DNA of 64,000 nucleotides. Source: Vicugna vicugna. Taxonomy: Eukaryota. The stretch is taken from NCBI GenBank assembly GCA_013265495.1, contig MU063101.1:544276-608275 (forward strand), given 5' to 3'. Below are positions 44,000 to 56,880 of this stretch, piece after piece. Position 1 is the first letter of the stretch. Every line of letters starts with the position of its first letter. Position numbers and translations under genes: made by a program. The notes under the pieces were generated by a model, which was not told the DNA's origin, made no database searches, and saw only the letters and a list, made by a program, of their open reading frames with translations.

Positions 44000-45110
44000 G
44001 GTAGGCGCAGATCCCCCACCGGACCAAGTCGTTCTGGGGGAGGGGTGTCTGGGTCTCGAGAGAGGTACAGACCCGGCTCCAGGCCTGGCTATCCTGGTGA
44101 GGTCCCTGGAGCACAACAGGGCAGATGTCTCAGGTGGTTCCCAGGGGGACAACACAGACCCCACCTCCTCACCCGGCCCAGCCGTCCTGGAGAGGGGGTT
44201 CCCGGGGAGCGACACAGATCTCTCCCCACGGGGTCTGGCCGTCCTGGGGGACAGCACGGACCCCAGCCCGACCGGGCTCTCCAAGGGGAGGATGGAAAGA
44301 AGGGCGGAGGCAGAGAGGCCGGCTTCGGGGAGACGCCCCCAGGCTGCCCCATCCCCCGACCCGCGAAGGCCCAGGAAGGGCGACCCCCAGCCCGGAGCCC
44401 TGGCGGCATTAGGCCTGCATCGGGCAGCGCGAGGTCGCAGGCCCGGCCCGGGGCAGTGGAGCCGGAGTCCTGGCCGGCTAGTCGGTACTCACCGGCACGG
44501 ACATTTTGGCCGCCGCTCCCGGGGCTCAGGAGGGCAGCGGCGCCGGCAGGCTGGGGGCTCCGGTCCGCCGCGCCGCTCAGAGCCCCCAGGCGCGGGGTTC
44601 CAGCGCTCTCGGGGCTCCCCGCGGGGTCCTGCGCGCTCCCGGCGGCCGGACAGTCCAGCAGCTCCAGCCCGCGTCGCGCATGCGCCGCCCCATGCCGCCC
44701 CTCCCCCTCCCGTCTCCTCCGCCGGGGGCGGCGTTAAAGGCGAGGACCCCGGACCGGCATTTTTCTGTCGGCCCAAAGCGGCGACGAGGCTTGGTCGCCA
44801 CACCTTACCCATCCTGCAGGAGCCACCTCGAGTCGCATCATCTCCTGTGCGCCCTCTGGGTCTGGAAGCCAGGGCCCCCATCCCCACCCCCACGTTACCC
44901 AGACCAGGGTGCTGGGCGCCTACCCTGTGGTTTGGCTGGGCTCCCAGTCCCTGTGTCTGAGGGCAATTGGGAGTCAGCTGAGCAGGACTCCTAGAAACTC
45001 TTCCCACTCCCCCAGGTGAAAGCCCGGAGACCCCTGGTACCCGCCGCCACGCCGGCTCTGCCCAAGGCTCCGCTGTCTGCTCTGCGTTCCCCGACTGCTC
45101 CTCCTCGGAG
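44000..45110 (-). promoter_or_regulatory. BCAR1: CpG island / distal BCAR1 promoter (MSVP first exon)
   Basis: Dense CpG; NRF1-type palindrome GCGCATGCGC at 44676-44685; GC-rich boxes at 44686-44735. Confidence 0.85.
44493..44504 (-). CDS. BCAR1: BCAR1 alternative first coding exon (MSVP)
   Basis: gccaaaATG TCC GTG CCG|gtgagt: good Kozak context and phase-0 consensus donor compatible with exon 2. MSVP/MTVP is a known p130Cas N-terminus; the exon lies in a CpG island. Confidence 0.88.
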
Positions 45111-48100
45111 ATGGGGAGCTCCCGACTCCCCGGGAACAGCCTGGCTCATTGTCAGGGAACCCTGACAGAGCTGGACTGGCTTTTAGGAAGCATCCTGTCT
45201 GCCGGTAATCCCCACTCAAGGGCCAGCCACAGCCAGGCTGTCCCTGCACCAGGGAGCAGCCTTCAGACACTGAAAGACGCATTCCAGGGCCTGAGCCTTC
45301 CTTTCCTCCGGTTAAACCCCCAATTTCTTCAGCTGTTTCACATCTGACATGGTATCCAAGCACTGGACATATACTTGTGCATCCTAATTGCCCACCCCCT
45401 GCCAGGTAGGGCTTGCTGTTCCCATGCTACTTTTAACAGACTGAGGCTCTGGGATCCCTCAGCTAGCAGAAAGCAGTACCAGGGGTCTGACCACTCTGTT
45501 CTGCAGCCCAACACATACAGACTGTCTCCCTGGGGGACCTTCCTGGGCTAAGCTGCAGGAAAGAAATGACTAAATGACTGTACTGCCCAGGGAGGATGAG
45601 TGAGCACCCAGACCAGGGTTCCAGGGGCCACGGCAGTGTCCAGGGAGAAAAGACAGAGCTTGTTCCATGAGGCTGGTCGGCAGCAGTTGCAGATCATGGG
45701 GGAACCTGGGGGACAGACAGAGAGCGCCAGCCCCCTAGGAAATCTGTAGGGGCAGGTGCCCAGGGAGACAGGCTCTTTGGTCTGCTAGGTGTGAGGTGCC
45801 AGGAGGTGCAAGGTGATTGAGCAGAGGGAAGAAGCAGTGACGGGTGGCAGGTGGGCTTCCTCAGAGCCCCAGATCTGGCCCCCAGCTCCCACATCTCAAA
45901 ATCCCCCATTAGCACAGGTCATCCATTGGGGTTTAGAAGGCTTTCCAGCCTTCTTCCTGAAGGGGTGGGGCTGCCTTGGACTTTGTCCCAGAGGGTCCTG
46001 GGGAGAGTCCTAACCGTGCCCATCAGCAATGAGAGAGTAATAGAAATACAAGAAAGGGGGAAACTGAGGGCTGTCACCAGACCCCGGTCCCAGTTCTAGG
46101 ACTGATGAGTCGGGATCCTTCCCTGCTCCAGCCGAGCAGGGTTGCCCCTCTTGACCTCTTGAGTGGAGTTCCCAGTTGTGCACCTTAGTTCCCCTAGCCC
46201 AGTGTTCGGTAAGGCATTGTTGGAGGGGGCAGGCAGGGCCACAGCAAGCAGAGGGGGTTCTGAGCTGACAGCTGCCACCCCCTCAAAGGGCCCTCTGTGT
46301 GTGTCTGGCAGGCAGCCCTGCCCGTGCCCACCCGCCCGCGTCCAGCTGGCACGGGGGCTCCTGAGCTGGGAGCAGCAGCTCAGCCTGGTGCCTGGGCTCC
46401 CGGCCATACACGCCTACTGTCTCAGAGGCCCCCCTCTGCAACCCTGGCCCCTTCCCTCACTGAGCCTTCCTCATGGAGACCAGGCTCCACCCTTCTTTCT
46501 CTCCTCCTTTGGCTGGATTCTTATCACCCAGTGTTCCTGTCTCCTCTGGCATTGGCCCCATCTCTTGGAGCCCTGTCCAGAGATGGGTGAGCAGTGGGGA
46601 AAGACCCCTCCTACACCCCTGAGTACAGGGAAATGGGAACCCAGGGAGGGGTGCAGCTGGGGTCACGACCTCCAAACCATCTAGTCCTTGCCTGCAACTG
46701 ACTCCCTACACTGACTCACCCCTTAGCGCAGGAAGAGGGATCCCTCGGCCAGACCCTCACTCACTCTGAGGCAGGGACCCAGGGACTTGGGTGTGGGGTG
46801 TGGGGCAGCCAGAGGAGCCACACCAGGGCACTGAGCATTGTCCCCAGCATGACCAGGTGTCTGTGAGAAAAACAGCAGATGCTCTTCCCTCACCACTGCC
46901 AAGCATCCCCCACTACTCAGCAGGCAAATGGTCCCAGGATGACTCTCTTCTACAGAGAACGGGCTCTGGGGAACTCATGACTAACAGTTCGCACCACAAG
47001 CAACAGCTGGGCTGCCTGAGCAGGTGCTGGCCCCCTGGGAGGGTCCTCAAGGGCTGACCAGGACCCCAGGGAAACTGAGGTTATTTTTGTTCCTAGCACT
47101 GAGGGGGAAGGGGATCTGGACATGGTCACAGAGTAAATCTGGGCAGAGACAAGCTTTGGACACCAAAACCCGGCCTCTGTCTCTTGGGCTTTGCCGAGTC
47201 TAGAGGGCCAAGGCTTGGGAGGTGGCTCCTTCTCCCCTGGTCCCCCAGGGTAACGGGGGACTCCTCTGGCAGAGGAGCCCGTGGTGCAGGAGAGGGTAGT
47301 AAGCCTTTGGAGGCACTGTGTAATAATTCTATACTAGCACGGTGCATGTCACTACGGACGAACCATTACATCCTTATTAACTAATGCCCACGCTCTATTC
47401 AGATCTCCTGTTCCACTATTTGCAGCTGAATGATCTTGTTCATATCAGTTAACATGCTGGGGTTCAGTTTCCTTATCTGTGAAATGGAAGGATAATATTC
47501 TCTGGATGGTTGAGAGGACTTTATTGAATGGCTCAGGTAAAGTTCAGGGCACAGGGCCTGACACAGAATCCTTATGAACAGCAGAGACCATCATTGCTAA
47601 AGGCATGAGTCAGGTGTGGTTAAGTGACTCCTTATGGAGGGAAAGAACTGAATTTGTTTTGGGGAGGCCTAGAGGAAAACTTCAGGGTTGGGGGTGGCCG
47701 ATGGTACCCTGTGAGCCCTAGAGTGGATGAGAACGGGAACTACCCACCCAAAGCCTGGTTTTCAACATGAGAGTTGAACTCTGCTACTCTGTAATAATAC
47801 CACATCGACAGGTGGGGAAGTACACAGAGCCAGATGTCCAGTCTTACTCTAAAGTGTGAATGACTACTTCTCCCCAGGAAGGCAAGTCACACTGGCTCAG
47901 GAACAGCAGCTCAGCTTAGTGGAGAGGATGGGGAACTCACTGGGCAGGCTAGACCTTGGGGTTCGGTACTGGCACCACCTCACACTTACCCAGTGACCTT
48001 CAACAATTCCAGTTTCTAACATCCTTGATGGTAACTTCACAATCTGGTCAAAGAGGGGCCCTGGGGTCTGGAACAGCACACTTTCTTGTCTGTTCCCCCT

Positions 48101-48242
48101 GCACAGAACCTTGGGTGTGCTCTGCCTGGGGTGTCTCTGGTTAGGGGAGATGGTGATGTTCAGGTCATCAGACTGCTGGGTGCAGAGGGAGATCCTCATG
48201 CCTTAGACAATGAGGCTTCAGGACCTGGTAGCAGGAGGGAGC

Positions 48243-48670
48243 TGTATTCGTTTCTTATTGCTGCTGTAACAAATTACCCCAAACTTAGTGGCCTAAAATG
48301 ACATGAATTTAGTATCCTAAATTCTGGAAGTCAGAAGTCCAGAATGGGTTGGCAGGTTTGCATTCCTTCCAGACGCTCTAGGGAGAATCCCTTTCCTTGC
48401 CTTTTCAGCTTCTGGAGGCCACCTGCATTCCCCAGCTAGTGGCCCCATAACACTTCCACCTCTGCTCTGTCATCACACCCCCTTCTCTGACTCTGGTTCT
48501 CCTGACTCCATCTTACATGAATTGTGATTACATTGGGCCCACTCAGGTAATCCAGGAAAATCTCTCCATCCTACAGTCCTTAATTTAATCACACCTGCAA
48601 AGCACCTTTTTCCTTGTAAGGTAACCTAGTCATAGAATCTGGGGATTCAGATGTGTATGGGGGGATCCAG
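48243..48670. mobile_element. MaLR solo LTR (MLT1-like)
   Basis: Starts tgtattcgtttcttattgctgctgtaacaaattaccccaaacttagtggc, characteristic of MLT1; ends near ggggattcagatgtgtatgggggg. Confidence 0.75.
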
Positions 48671-48839
48671 GGCCCCCCAAAACTGTTCCCCCACTGGACA
48701 CTACAGCTGAACTTCTGCCATGGCTGTGTTTGGCCAGCCTAGAATCCTCTCACTCAGTTCAAGAGACATCTCTTGCTGTTCATGAGAACAGCTCTAAGTG
48801 ATGTGTGGCTCCAGCATGCAGTCTGCCAAAAACCCCTAA

Positions 48840-49250
48840 CAGACAGGGCTCCTTTGACCTAGAAATTCCAGGAATTTATCCTAAAAAATACACTCACAAG
48901 TAGCCAAAGATATACGTGCAAGGACATAACTTGCCCCCTTCCCTGTGATTAGGAAAAAACATGGGAACAGCTTGCAAGTTCAGTAACAGGCACCAGTGAG
49001 ACAAATCGTGGAACATTCCCAGGACAGAATCCAATCCTGGGTGCCACCGCAAATGATACGGAATGACATGGAAATGTGTTTACAGTATACTGTTAACTGA
49101 GGGAAAATAGGCTTTCAAGTAATAGGTACAGTTGGAACCTATTTTCACACAAAGTCACGTATTTGTATTTGCATTGGGAAAAGTGCAGAAGGATAGATAC
49201 TAAGATACCAGCTGTGGTTATCTTGGGGTGAGAGTAGGATTTTTTTCACC
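48840..49250 (+). mobile_element. Old L1 (L1ME-like) fragment
   Basis: ctttgacctagaaattccaggaatttatcctaaaaa ... gacatggaaatgtgtttacagtatactgtt resembles L1 3' region. Confidence 0.55.
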
Positions 49251-49454
49251 ACTGTGAATATTTTGTGAATATTTTTTCACCATTGTGTATATTATGTACA
49301 ATATTTAGGGAAGCCCTATTCAGTGCTTAGTACTCTACTGGTTAGTAAGTAGGGCCTCTTCTGTCTTTATGAATTAGAATTTCACAGGAGACTGCTTGCT
49401 TACTTTTCTTCGTTTCTTGAGTGAACTTTCATTACTTGTACAATTCTTTTTTTA

Positions 49455-49790
49455 CAGTAAACACTTTTTAGAATTGTGGTAAAACATACATAACATGAAA
49501 TTTACAATTTTAACTCTTTTTAAGCGTACAATTCAGTAGCATGAAGTACATTCACCATGTGTAACCATTACCATTATCCATTTCCAGAACTTTCTCATCA
49601 TCCCAAACAAACTCTGTCCCCATTAAACATTAACTCCCTCTCCCCACTGCCCCCAGTCCCTGGAAACCACCACTCTTTCTATCGCTATGAATTTGCCTGT
49701 TCTAGTATTGCATATAAATTTAATAATAAAATATTGATTCTTTTGTGTCTGCCTTATTGCACTTAGCAAAATGTTTTGAAGTGTAATTTT
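49455..49790 (-). mobile_element. L1MA/MB-like 3' end
   Basis: aacatgaaatttacaattttaactc...gtacaattcagtagcatgaagtacattcacc...ttccagaactttctcatcatcccaaac. Confidence 0.75.
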
Positions 49791-51810
49791 TAATTTTTTT
49801 CAGAACACCTTTTGAGGGGAAAATGCAATTGCCAAGGTCTAAGAAATACAGGCCACCCCGAACAGGCTCCATGCAGCCCGTCTCCCCTGAGCAGGGGCCC
49901 CCAGCAGCGTACACCTGAGCTGGGCAGAACCGCAGGCCCCCACCTCAGCTCCCAGGGATCTGGCCGCGGGCCTCCTGGTCTTCTAGGATGTTTGTAAACA
50001 CCCAGAGACCAGAGCCCCTTCCAGGAACAGGCCTGTGTTCTCAGTGACTGTAACAAGTGGAATTTCACTCTCCACTGGAAACAATCCCCAGGGCATTGTG
50101 TTTCTGAATCCAGGGATGAAGCTGCCTTGCTGAATAGTATACATTCTCTAAATTATTAAACAGTGGCTGTCACATTGGGATCACCAGTGCAAGTCCCCTG
50201 AGCAGCAGTTTGGTTCTCAGCATGACAGGCACGCCAGGCCCCCACCCCCCATCACAGCTCTACTGCCTGGAGGCCAAGAGGTGGCCCCAGGGGCGCTGGG
50301 AAAGGGCAAGACTGAGTCTCGTGAAAACAGGATGGAACTCCCTGTAGGGAGCGAGGTCTGCACTTGGACAGGAACTGGGCTCCCTGTCACCTCTGACCTC
50401 CAGTGGCAGGGTGAGGCAGCCAGGACTGGGCACCAGACTGGCCCTGTGAACTTCAGCACAGAATTTATACTAAGCTTGTCCTCATCCCATCTGTCAAATA
50501 AGGCAGCAAAGCACACAAGCCCACCCCTATCTGATTTTGTGAATCCCTGGCCCTTTGAGGTGCTGTGGCCCTCGTACAAAAGTCCAGGAAGGACTGTGAT
50601 ATAAGGCCTAGAAGAACTGACGTGGCTCCCAGTTAAGTCAGTTACGCACTGCTGCTGTCTGAATCGTGGACTCTCTACCCTGCATCCACCAGCTTGCCTT
50701 TCCTGGCCTCCAGCTTTCTACTCAGACTCCCGGGGCAGGAGCTGGCTGATCATCCCTGGAGGGGAAAGCTGGGCCCAAACCCTCCCCTGCTCAGTAAGGA
50801 GCCCCAGTGAAGAGGAAGGGGCTTTGCTAAGGCACCACTGAGTCGTGGTTAGGATCCCCGTCTTCTGACTTTAGTTATTCCCCTGCCAGAAATCCCAGGA
50901 CAGAGCTCCTGGTAAGAGGTGAGGATGGAGAAAGCTCCCTCTGTGAGCAGAAGCAGACATGCTACTTTATTGGTTTAGGGCGGTTATTGAATAACCCAGG
51001 ACGCAGTGAGGCTAGGGAACAAGGACGCAGCCACCCTGGGCCAGCAAGCAGCAAAAGGGACACTAAATGTTATGACTCAGGTTGGAATGGGGCCAGGGCA
51101 GCTGCCCAAGAGGCTTTGAACGTTGTGGGGTGTTGTTCTTGGGGCCCCTTGAGAAGGATGTGACTTTTGGTCTTAAACGGTTTCCTCGCAGATAATCCCT
51201 TCACCCATTTACAAGGAAGGAGTCCTCACCAGCCCTAAGGCCAGTGGTGGCCTTAGCCCAGCTCATCCTGGGAAGTCTCAGGTCTCGCTGTAGCTGACAG
51301 CAGGGACCACTTCTCCATCTGCAAGAACAGAACCCAGGCCAGCTCTGGCTCTCATGTGGTTCCATCCTTGCTGGTTCCTTGCTGCCTACGGATGCACTGA
51401 ATGGAGAAGATGCCACAAGTCCAGTCTGTCTGTGCTGCTTCGTAACTGTCGAGGCACCCCCATTTTATAAAGAGCCAAAAGTGAGGCCCCGTGAAGCAGC
51501 CCAAATTACAAAAGAAAAAGGGGTGCCAGATGCTGGGGGTCTGAACCACAAGTCTGGAATCCTGGGGTCAGGTCTGATTGCCCAAGTCAGGACTGGTGTG
51601 GTAGACCTGGAGGACGCACAAATCGGCAAGTGGCATGAGAAAGGGGACAGACCAGCCTTGGAAAGGGAGGGGCCTTAGTTTGGGAAGATAAAGAGGGGAT
51701 GAGATCAGCGGCCACGCGGTTGTGAACAGTATTTCAAGGCTAATGTAGACCCACTCACCGACCCTCAGAACTATCTGGGAAGGTGACAGAAGTGAAGCCA
51801 AGCCCCATTG

Positions 51811-51945
51811 TTTAATTAAGTTTTTTTCTGGAGGGGAGGTAATTAAGTTTACTTATTTATTTCTAGAGAGGATACTGGGGATTGAACCCTGGACCTCGTG
51901 TATCCTAAGCATGCGTTCTACCACTTGAGCTATACCTTCCCCCTC
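51811..51945 (-). mobile_element. tRNA-derived SINE (camelid Vic-1-like) with target-site duplication
   Basis: Reverse-complement A/B boxes (ctaccacttgagctatacc; ggggattgaacc). Flanked by aagccaagccccattg (51795-51810) and aagccaagcccatag (51946-51960). Confidence 0.85.
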
Positions 51946-52095
51946 AAGCCAAGCCCATAGTTAACTGAACAAAGCTCACCTATCTTGAGCAGGGAGAGGA
52001 TAAATGGATTCAGAAAATGTTTAGAGACATACACAGTTGAATGTGTCGTAAAACTAGGTTTGGCTGAATCAAGGGTCACTGGGGTGTATTCCTGC

Positions 52096-52493
52096 TGCGT
52101 TAGTCAGGGATCTCCAGAGAAGCAGAACCAGTTTGCTATAAACAGGCCGAGAAGTCCCACGGTCTGCTGACGGCAAGCTGGAGACCCAGGGGAGCTGATG
52201 GTGTAAGTCCTGGTCCAAGTCAGAAGGCACGAGCACCAGGAGTGCCGATGGACAGGAGATAGAGGTCTGAGCTCGAGGAGAGAACAAATTCGCCCTTCCT
52301 CCACCTTTTCATTCTATTCAGGTTGTCAGGAGACTGGAGGATGCCCACCCACGTGGGTGACAGGTGACGATGATCTTCTTTTTCAGTCGACCCATTTGAA
52401 TGCTAATCTTTCCTAGAAGAACCCTTACAGACATGTTTTACTAGCTGTCTGGGCATCCTTTAGCCCAGTCAGGTTCACACATAAACCATCTCA
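52096..52493. mobile_element. ERVL solo LTR (MLT2-like)
   Basis: tgcgttagtcagggatctccagagaagcagaacc ... ggcaagctggagacccagg ... cccagtcaggttcacacataaaccatc. Confidence 0.75.
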
Positions 52494-53054
52494 CTTTGCC
52501 TTATCCAAATGCCCCTTCGAGAGACAGAGCCTGGTCAGGGACCACAGAAGATGCTAGTACTCAGGGATGATCTAGTCCATTCTGCTCCATGGATGGCCAT
52601 TCTCCTAGTTCTGGACATGTCTCACCCAAAGCACTGGGCTCCGCGCTCAGAGACAGGCAGTCAGGGCTTCCTTGCTGAATCTTACCTTCTCAGAGGGTTT
52701 ACACTGAAGAGAAGGGAGAGCATTCTGGGAGGTAACTGGGCTTTATATTTTAAGACCTTGAAAATGTGCACCCTCCCTGACACAAGTCGACTCATTAGCA
52801 GTCATCTGGAAATGATCAGGGATGCAGATGAAGTCTAAGGCCTAGGCAGTTCACCATAGCATTCTGTATAGTAACAAAAAGTGGGGAGCCTCAGCAGCCA
52901 AAAGTGGAAGATGATGAAATAAATTAGGGTACAACCACAGAATAGCGTGTTATGCAGCTGTTAAAATTTGTTCTCTCAAAGAATGTTTGAATAAATGGGG
53001 AAATGCTCAAAGTACACACCACAGGTTAAAAAAAGAATACAAAACTGCATATAC

Positions 53055-53235
53055 CAGTGCAGTCCAACAGAATTGTGTTGATGGAAATGTTTGAAATTCT
53101 CCAATATCGTAGCCACTAAGTCATGTGTGACTACTGATCACTCAAAATCTTTGGCTAGTGTGACTAAGGAACTGAATTTTGAATTCTAATGAATTTAAAC
53201 CACATGTGGTTACTAGCTTCTGTACTGAGCTGAAC
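53055..53235. mobile_element. hAT DNA transposon relic (MER3/MER33-like)
   Basis: tccaacagaa...gatggaaatgtt...tccaatatcgtagccactaagtcatgtg...ggctagtgtgactaaggaactgaatttt...aaccacatgtggttactag. Confidence 0.65.
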
Positions 53236-54050
53236 AGGTACAGTGTAACTCCAACTGTGTCAAGAAAAAGATGTAAACACCTGGGAAAAAAGACTGAGCG
53301 TATCCTGAAATGTACACAGCAGTTTTCTCTGTTAGTAGGACTACGGGAGATTTAAGTTTTAATTTTCCTGCTTTTAAATTTTCCAGCAATGAACTGTTTC
53401 CTTCTATAATCAGGAGGAAAAAGAGGTGTATTGGAGAGGTAAGAGACAGGACAAGCCCAGGGCAGGCAAAGCTTGTGGTGGCAGGAAGGCCAGGCGCTGG
53501 CCAAGCTGGCTAGGGAGCTGGAGCCATCTGCCTCGTGCAGGGCTTGTTTTCTTTCACGGGGGTGTTGTGCCTCTGGTGGCTTGGGTCTTCTCTAAGCTGC
53601 CAGGCAACCTCGCTGACACACTCACCTTGGTTTAGCTGGGGCAAGCATGTGTGTGCGTGCACGTGGCTCCTGCTATCTGTTGCCAACTTGGCAGCGGAGG
53701 GTTGCCCTCTTCAGCTGTTTGCTGGGACTTGGGTGGATTTTGTTGTTTGAATGTCTCACTTGCTTCTCAGGTCTCACTTTTGATGCTTCTCCAAATGACC
53801 AATGACTTTAAGGAGCTTTCAGCTAAGCTCCTCACTGGGCCTCCAATGACTTTGAAGGTAGGAGAAAGTTCCTGCAGGTGGGTCTCAGCAGACGGAAGGA
53901 AGGAAACCTGGGTTATTCATTATGGCTTGCTGATGTGTGAGGAATTTAGAAGTTTGAATTATTTGAAGTGGTGAGAATAAAGGAAGATGGAATTTTCCTA
54001 AATACATAGCTGGAGGCTTTTACAATTTTTATAAGTAGGGAGGCCACAAG

Positions 54051-54140
54051 CAGTGGTTCTCAAACTCCAGAGTGCTTAAGAACTACCTGGTTGCTTGTTT
54101 GGAATGCAGACTCCTAGTGCTAAACCCTCAGTGCCATTTA
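54051..54140. mobile_element. MER5-like hAT DNA transposon relic
   Basis: cagtggttctcaaact...aactacctgg...ttgtttggaatgcagactcctag. Confidence 0.55.
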
Positions 54141-54759
54141 GCACCCCCTACTTTACAGATGCAGAAGTGGGGGCAGGGGAGGTCAAGCCACATGCCTGAA
54201 GTCACCTTCACTGGAGAGTCAGGACACCAGGGTTCTAATCCCAGTTCTGCTGACATTGACTAATTCATTTTGCTGCCCTTAAATTTCAAGCTCATTTATT
54301 CAGGTCGACAACCATTTATTTGCGACTAACAAGTCAAGGCCTGCTGCATCATCTAACATATGGCCTGTTCGTGTCCTGTCTCTGTGCATCTGTCAAGGCC
54401 ACGTGGGCAAGGGGAAGGATGACTTGGCAGGCCTCACACCATCAGCTGTGCTGGGAGGGGGGGCACATGGCCTGGCCCAGACCCCTCAGCTCCCGCAGCC
54501 GCCCAACCTACTCTTCAAAGAATGGGGAGTTGGGGGAGGCACCTGGTAGTTCATCTACATGAATCACTTATCTCCAGGGGAATGTTCCAGCAGCCGCTCG
54601 GGGTGATCATCCTGGAATGCCTCCTAGCCCAGAATGGGATGCAAAGAAAGCTCCTTGACACCAGGCAAGCTCATCACCATGGCAACAGACCGTCCCTTGG
54701 ATATCTCTCCATAAGGAGGCTGACAGAGGTGACGTAAATTTAAGCATGGAGTTGTATTA

Positions 54760-55560
54760 CTTAAAAAAAATTATCTTGAAATATTACAGATAAATAGAAA
54801 AGTATAATAAATGTCTGTGTCCTCACCTCCCAATTTAAGATTTAAAACCACATCGTTAAACAATGCACCTTTGTTATCTTTCTTTGATCATACAATCTTC
54901 CCCATGCCATGAGAGGTAACCACTAATGATGAATTTAATGTTTACCCTCCATTTGTTTATATATATATAATTACATATTATATATATTCTGAATCAATGT
55001 ACATCTTTCGTTATGTTTTAAAAATTTTATTAAGGTGAGATTCACGTAACAAAATTAACCGTTTTAAAGTGTACAATTCAGTGGCACTTAGCGCATTCAC
55101 AACGTTGGGTAACCATCACCTCTGTGTTCACATGCTTTTGAACTTGTGTAACTGGGATTACGTATCAGGTCTTTTGCAACTTAATTTTTGCATTGATGCT
55201 GCTTAAGAGGTTCATCTGTGTGATGCATGTAGCCCTGGTCCATTCATTTCACTGCTATGTCGTAGTCCACAGCGTGGCTATTTCACAACTGATTCTTTCT
55301 CCTGATGGGCACAGGGCAGTCTCCAGGATTTTACTATCACTGATAAGCCTGCCTCCTTGTGCAGATGCTGGTGCTTCTCTAGGATGTCAACTCAGCAGTA
55401 CAGTTGCTGTGTCATGGGCCAAGTACAGATCCAGATTTATCAGACGTCGCCCAAGTGTTCTTCAAAGTGGTGCTAATTTATACTCACAGAAGCTTGGCTG
55501 TCTTCGGGAGCTGGGAGCCAAGTGCACAATTTAATTAGAGTAATTTAACACTTGGATAGT
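54760..55560 (-). mobile_element. Nested L1M 3' fragments
   Basis: aggtaaccactaatgatgaattta; ttaaccgttttaaagtgtacaattcagtggcacttagcgcattcacaacgttgg; tgaggttcatc-like segment. Confidence 0.65.
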
Positions 55561-56729
55561 ATATTTCATTTAATAAAATGCTGTGGGGTAGGCAGAGCAG
55601 GATTATTAAGCATTCTCAGAAATCTTTTGAGGACAAGGAATCTGAGATGCAGAGGGACTCGACCTCCATGGCAGTGCTAAGATGTGAGGTTAGAGGCAGG
55701 ACCCCAAACCCAGTGTCCGACCCTGACAGTGCTCTCCTTACGGAACTTTCTCCCCTTTCCTTGTCCCACACAGCCACCTCGTCCCATACTTGCACAAACC
55801 TCAGTCTACTCCATTGGCTTTCTGAGAGTACAACAACGAAAGCTCACTGGCAGACCCTGGGGAGAAGCCCTGGAAAGGAGAGTCTCTGTGGTCTGGGCCA
55901 TTCCAGGCTGCAAGGAACCAGGTGGAATCTTCTGGACTTCACAGCCCACTTTCCTTGTCGTGGTCAACTTGCCTGTGCACAAAGACTGCATCTGATAGTG
56001 TTGTTAGGTCTAGGTTGCTCTAGGAGGGCATGGGGAAAAAAGCTGCAGAAAAAAAGAAAGACTTTGCAGGAAAGCCCGAGGCAGGAACCTTGGGCACATC
56101 TGTAAACCCAGGGAAGGAGGTACAGGGAAGGCATTTAAGATACCTCGACTCTCCAAGGTGCCGTCACTTGGGCACCAGCCCCACCTCCCCTCACTCCCTG
56201 ATGCCAGGCAGCATCCTAAAGATAGGTAAAGAGAGGGCAACACTGCCTACCCCATGAACAGAAACTTGGCTCTGGGGCAGGACTTAGTGACACCACCCCA
56301 CAGGCCTGTCCGCACAAGGCCTGAGGGCTTCTAGGTGTGGCAGCATATTCCCCCTACCCCTTCACAAGCTGCCCCAGCCGCAGGCAGGACTGGAAGCTGA
56401 AGCTGGGGTGCCCGCGCCTTTAGTGTAGTTCTGACACAAGCTTTCAGCACTTGGGTGTGCCAGCTGCCATTCTTTTCAACTGCAAGCAACTCTTCATCTT
56501 GGCTCTTCTGTCCTCTGGCAGTAAAGTCTTTTCCAACTCAGAGCTGGGATCCGGAAGGCAATGAGAGGCTGTCTCATCTTGCCTGCATTGCTCTCGGCCT
56601 CCTGCCCTCTAGTCATAAGAGGTAGGTGTGATCACTGGCAGTTTGGCAGTCTGACCTCAGGCAAGTTTCCTCTTCCGGTACGGTAACAAACATGTAAGGA
56701 AGCACCAGGCACATGGGACCACTCCATCA

Positions 56730-56880
56730 TTTTTTTTTTTTTTGATGGGGATGGTGTGGTGGGTAAACAGTTCAATTTTAAGGATATATTTATTTTAATG
56801 GAGGTACTGGGGATTGAACCCAGGACCTTGTGCATACTTGGAGCACGCACTCCACCACTGAGCTCTACCCTCCCCTTCCC
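56730..56880 (-). mobile_element. tRNA-derived SINE (camelid Vic-1-like)
   Basis: Poly-T tail on +, ggaggtactggggattgaacccagg, ccactgagctctaccctcccc; same family as the two copies above. Confidence 0.8.

Noticed and set aside
43923-44960. 345-aa and 252-aa Arg/Pro/Gly-rich ORFs
   Set aside because: Typical artefacts of a CpG island; only the 4-codon MSVP exon is supported.
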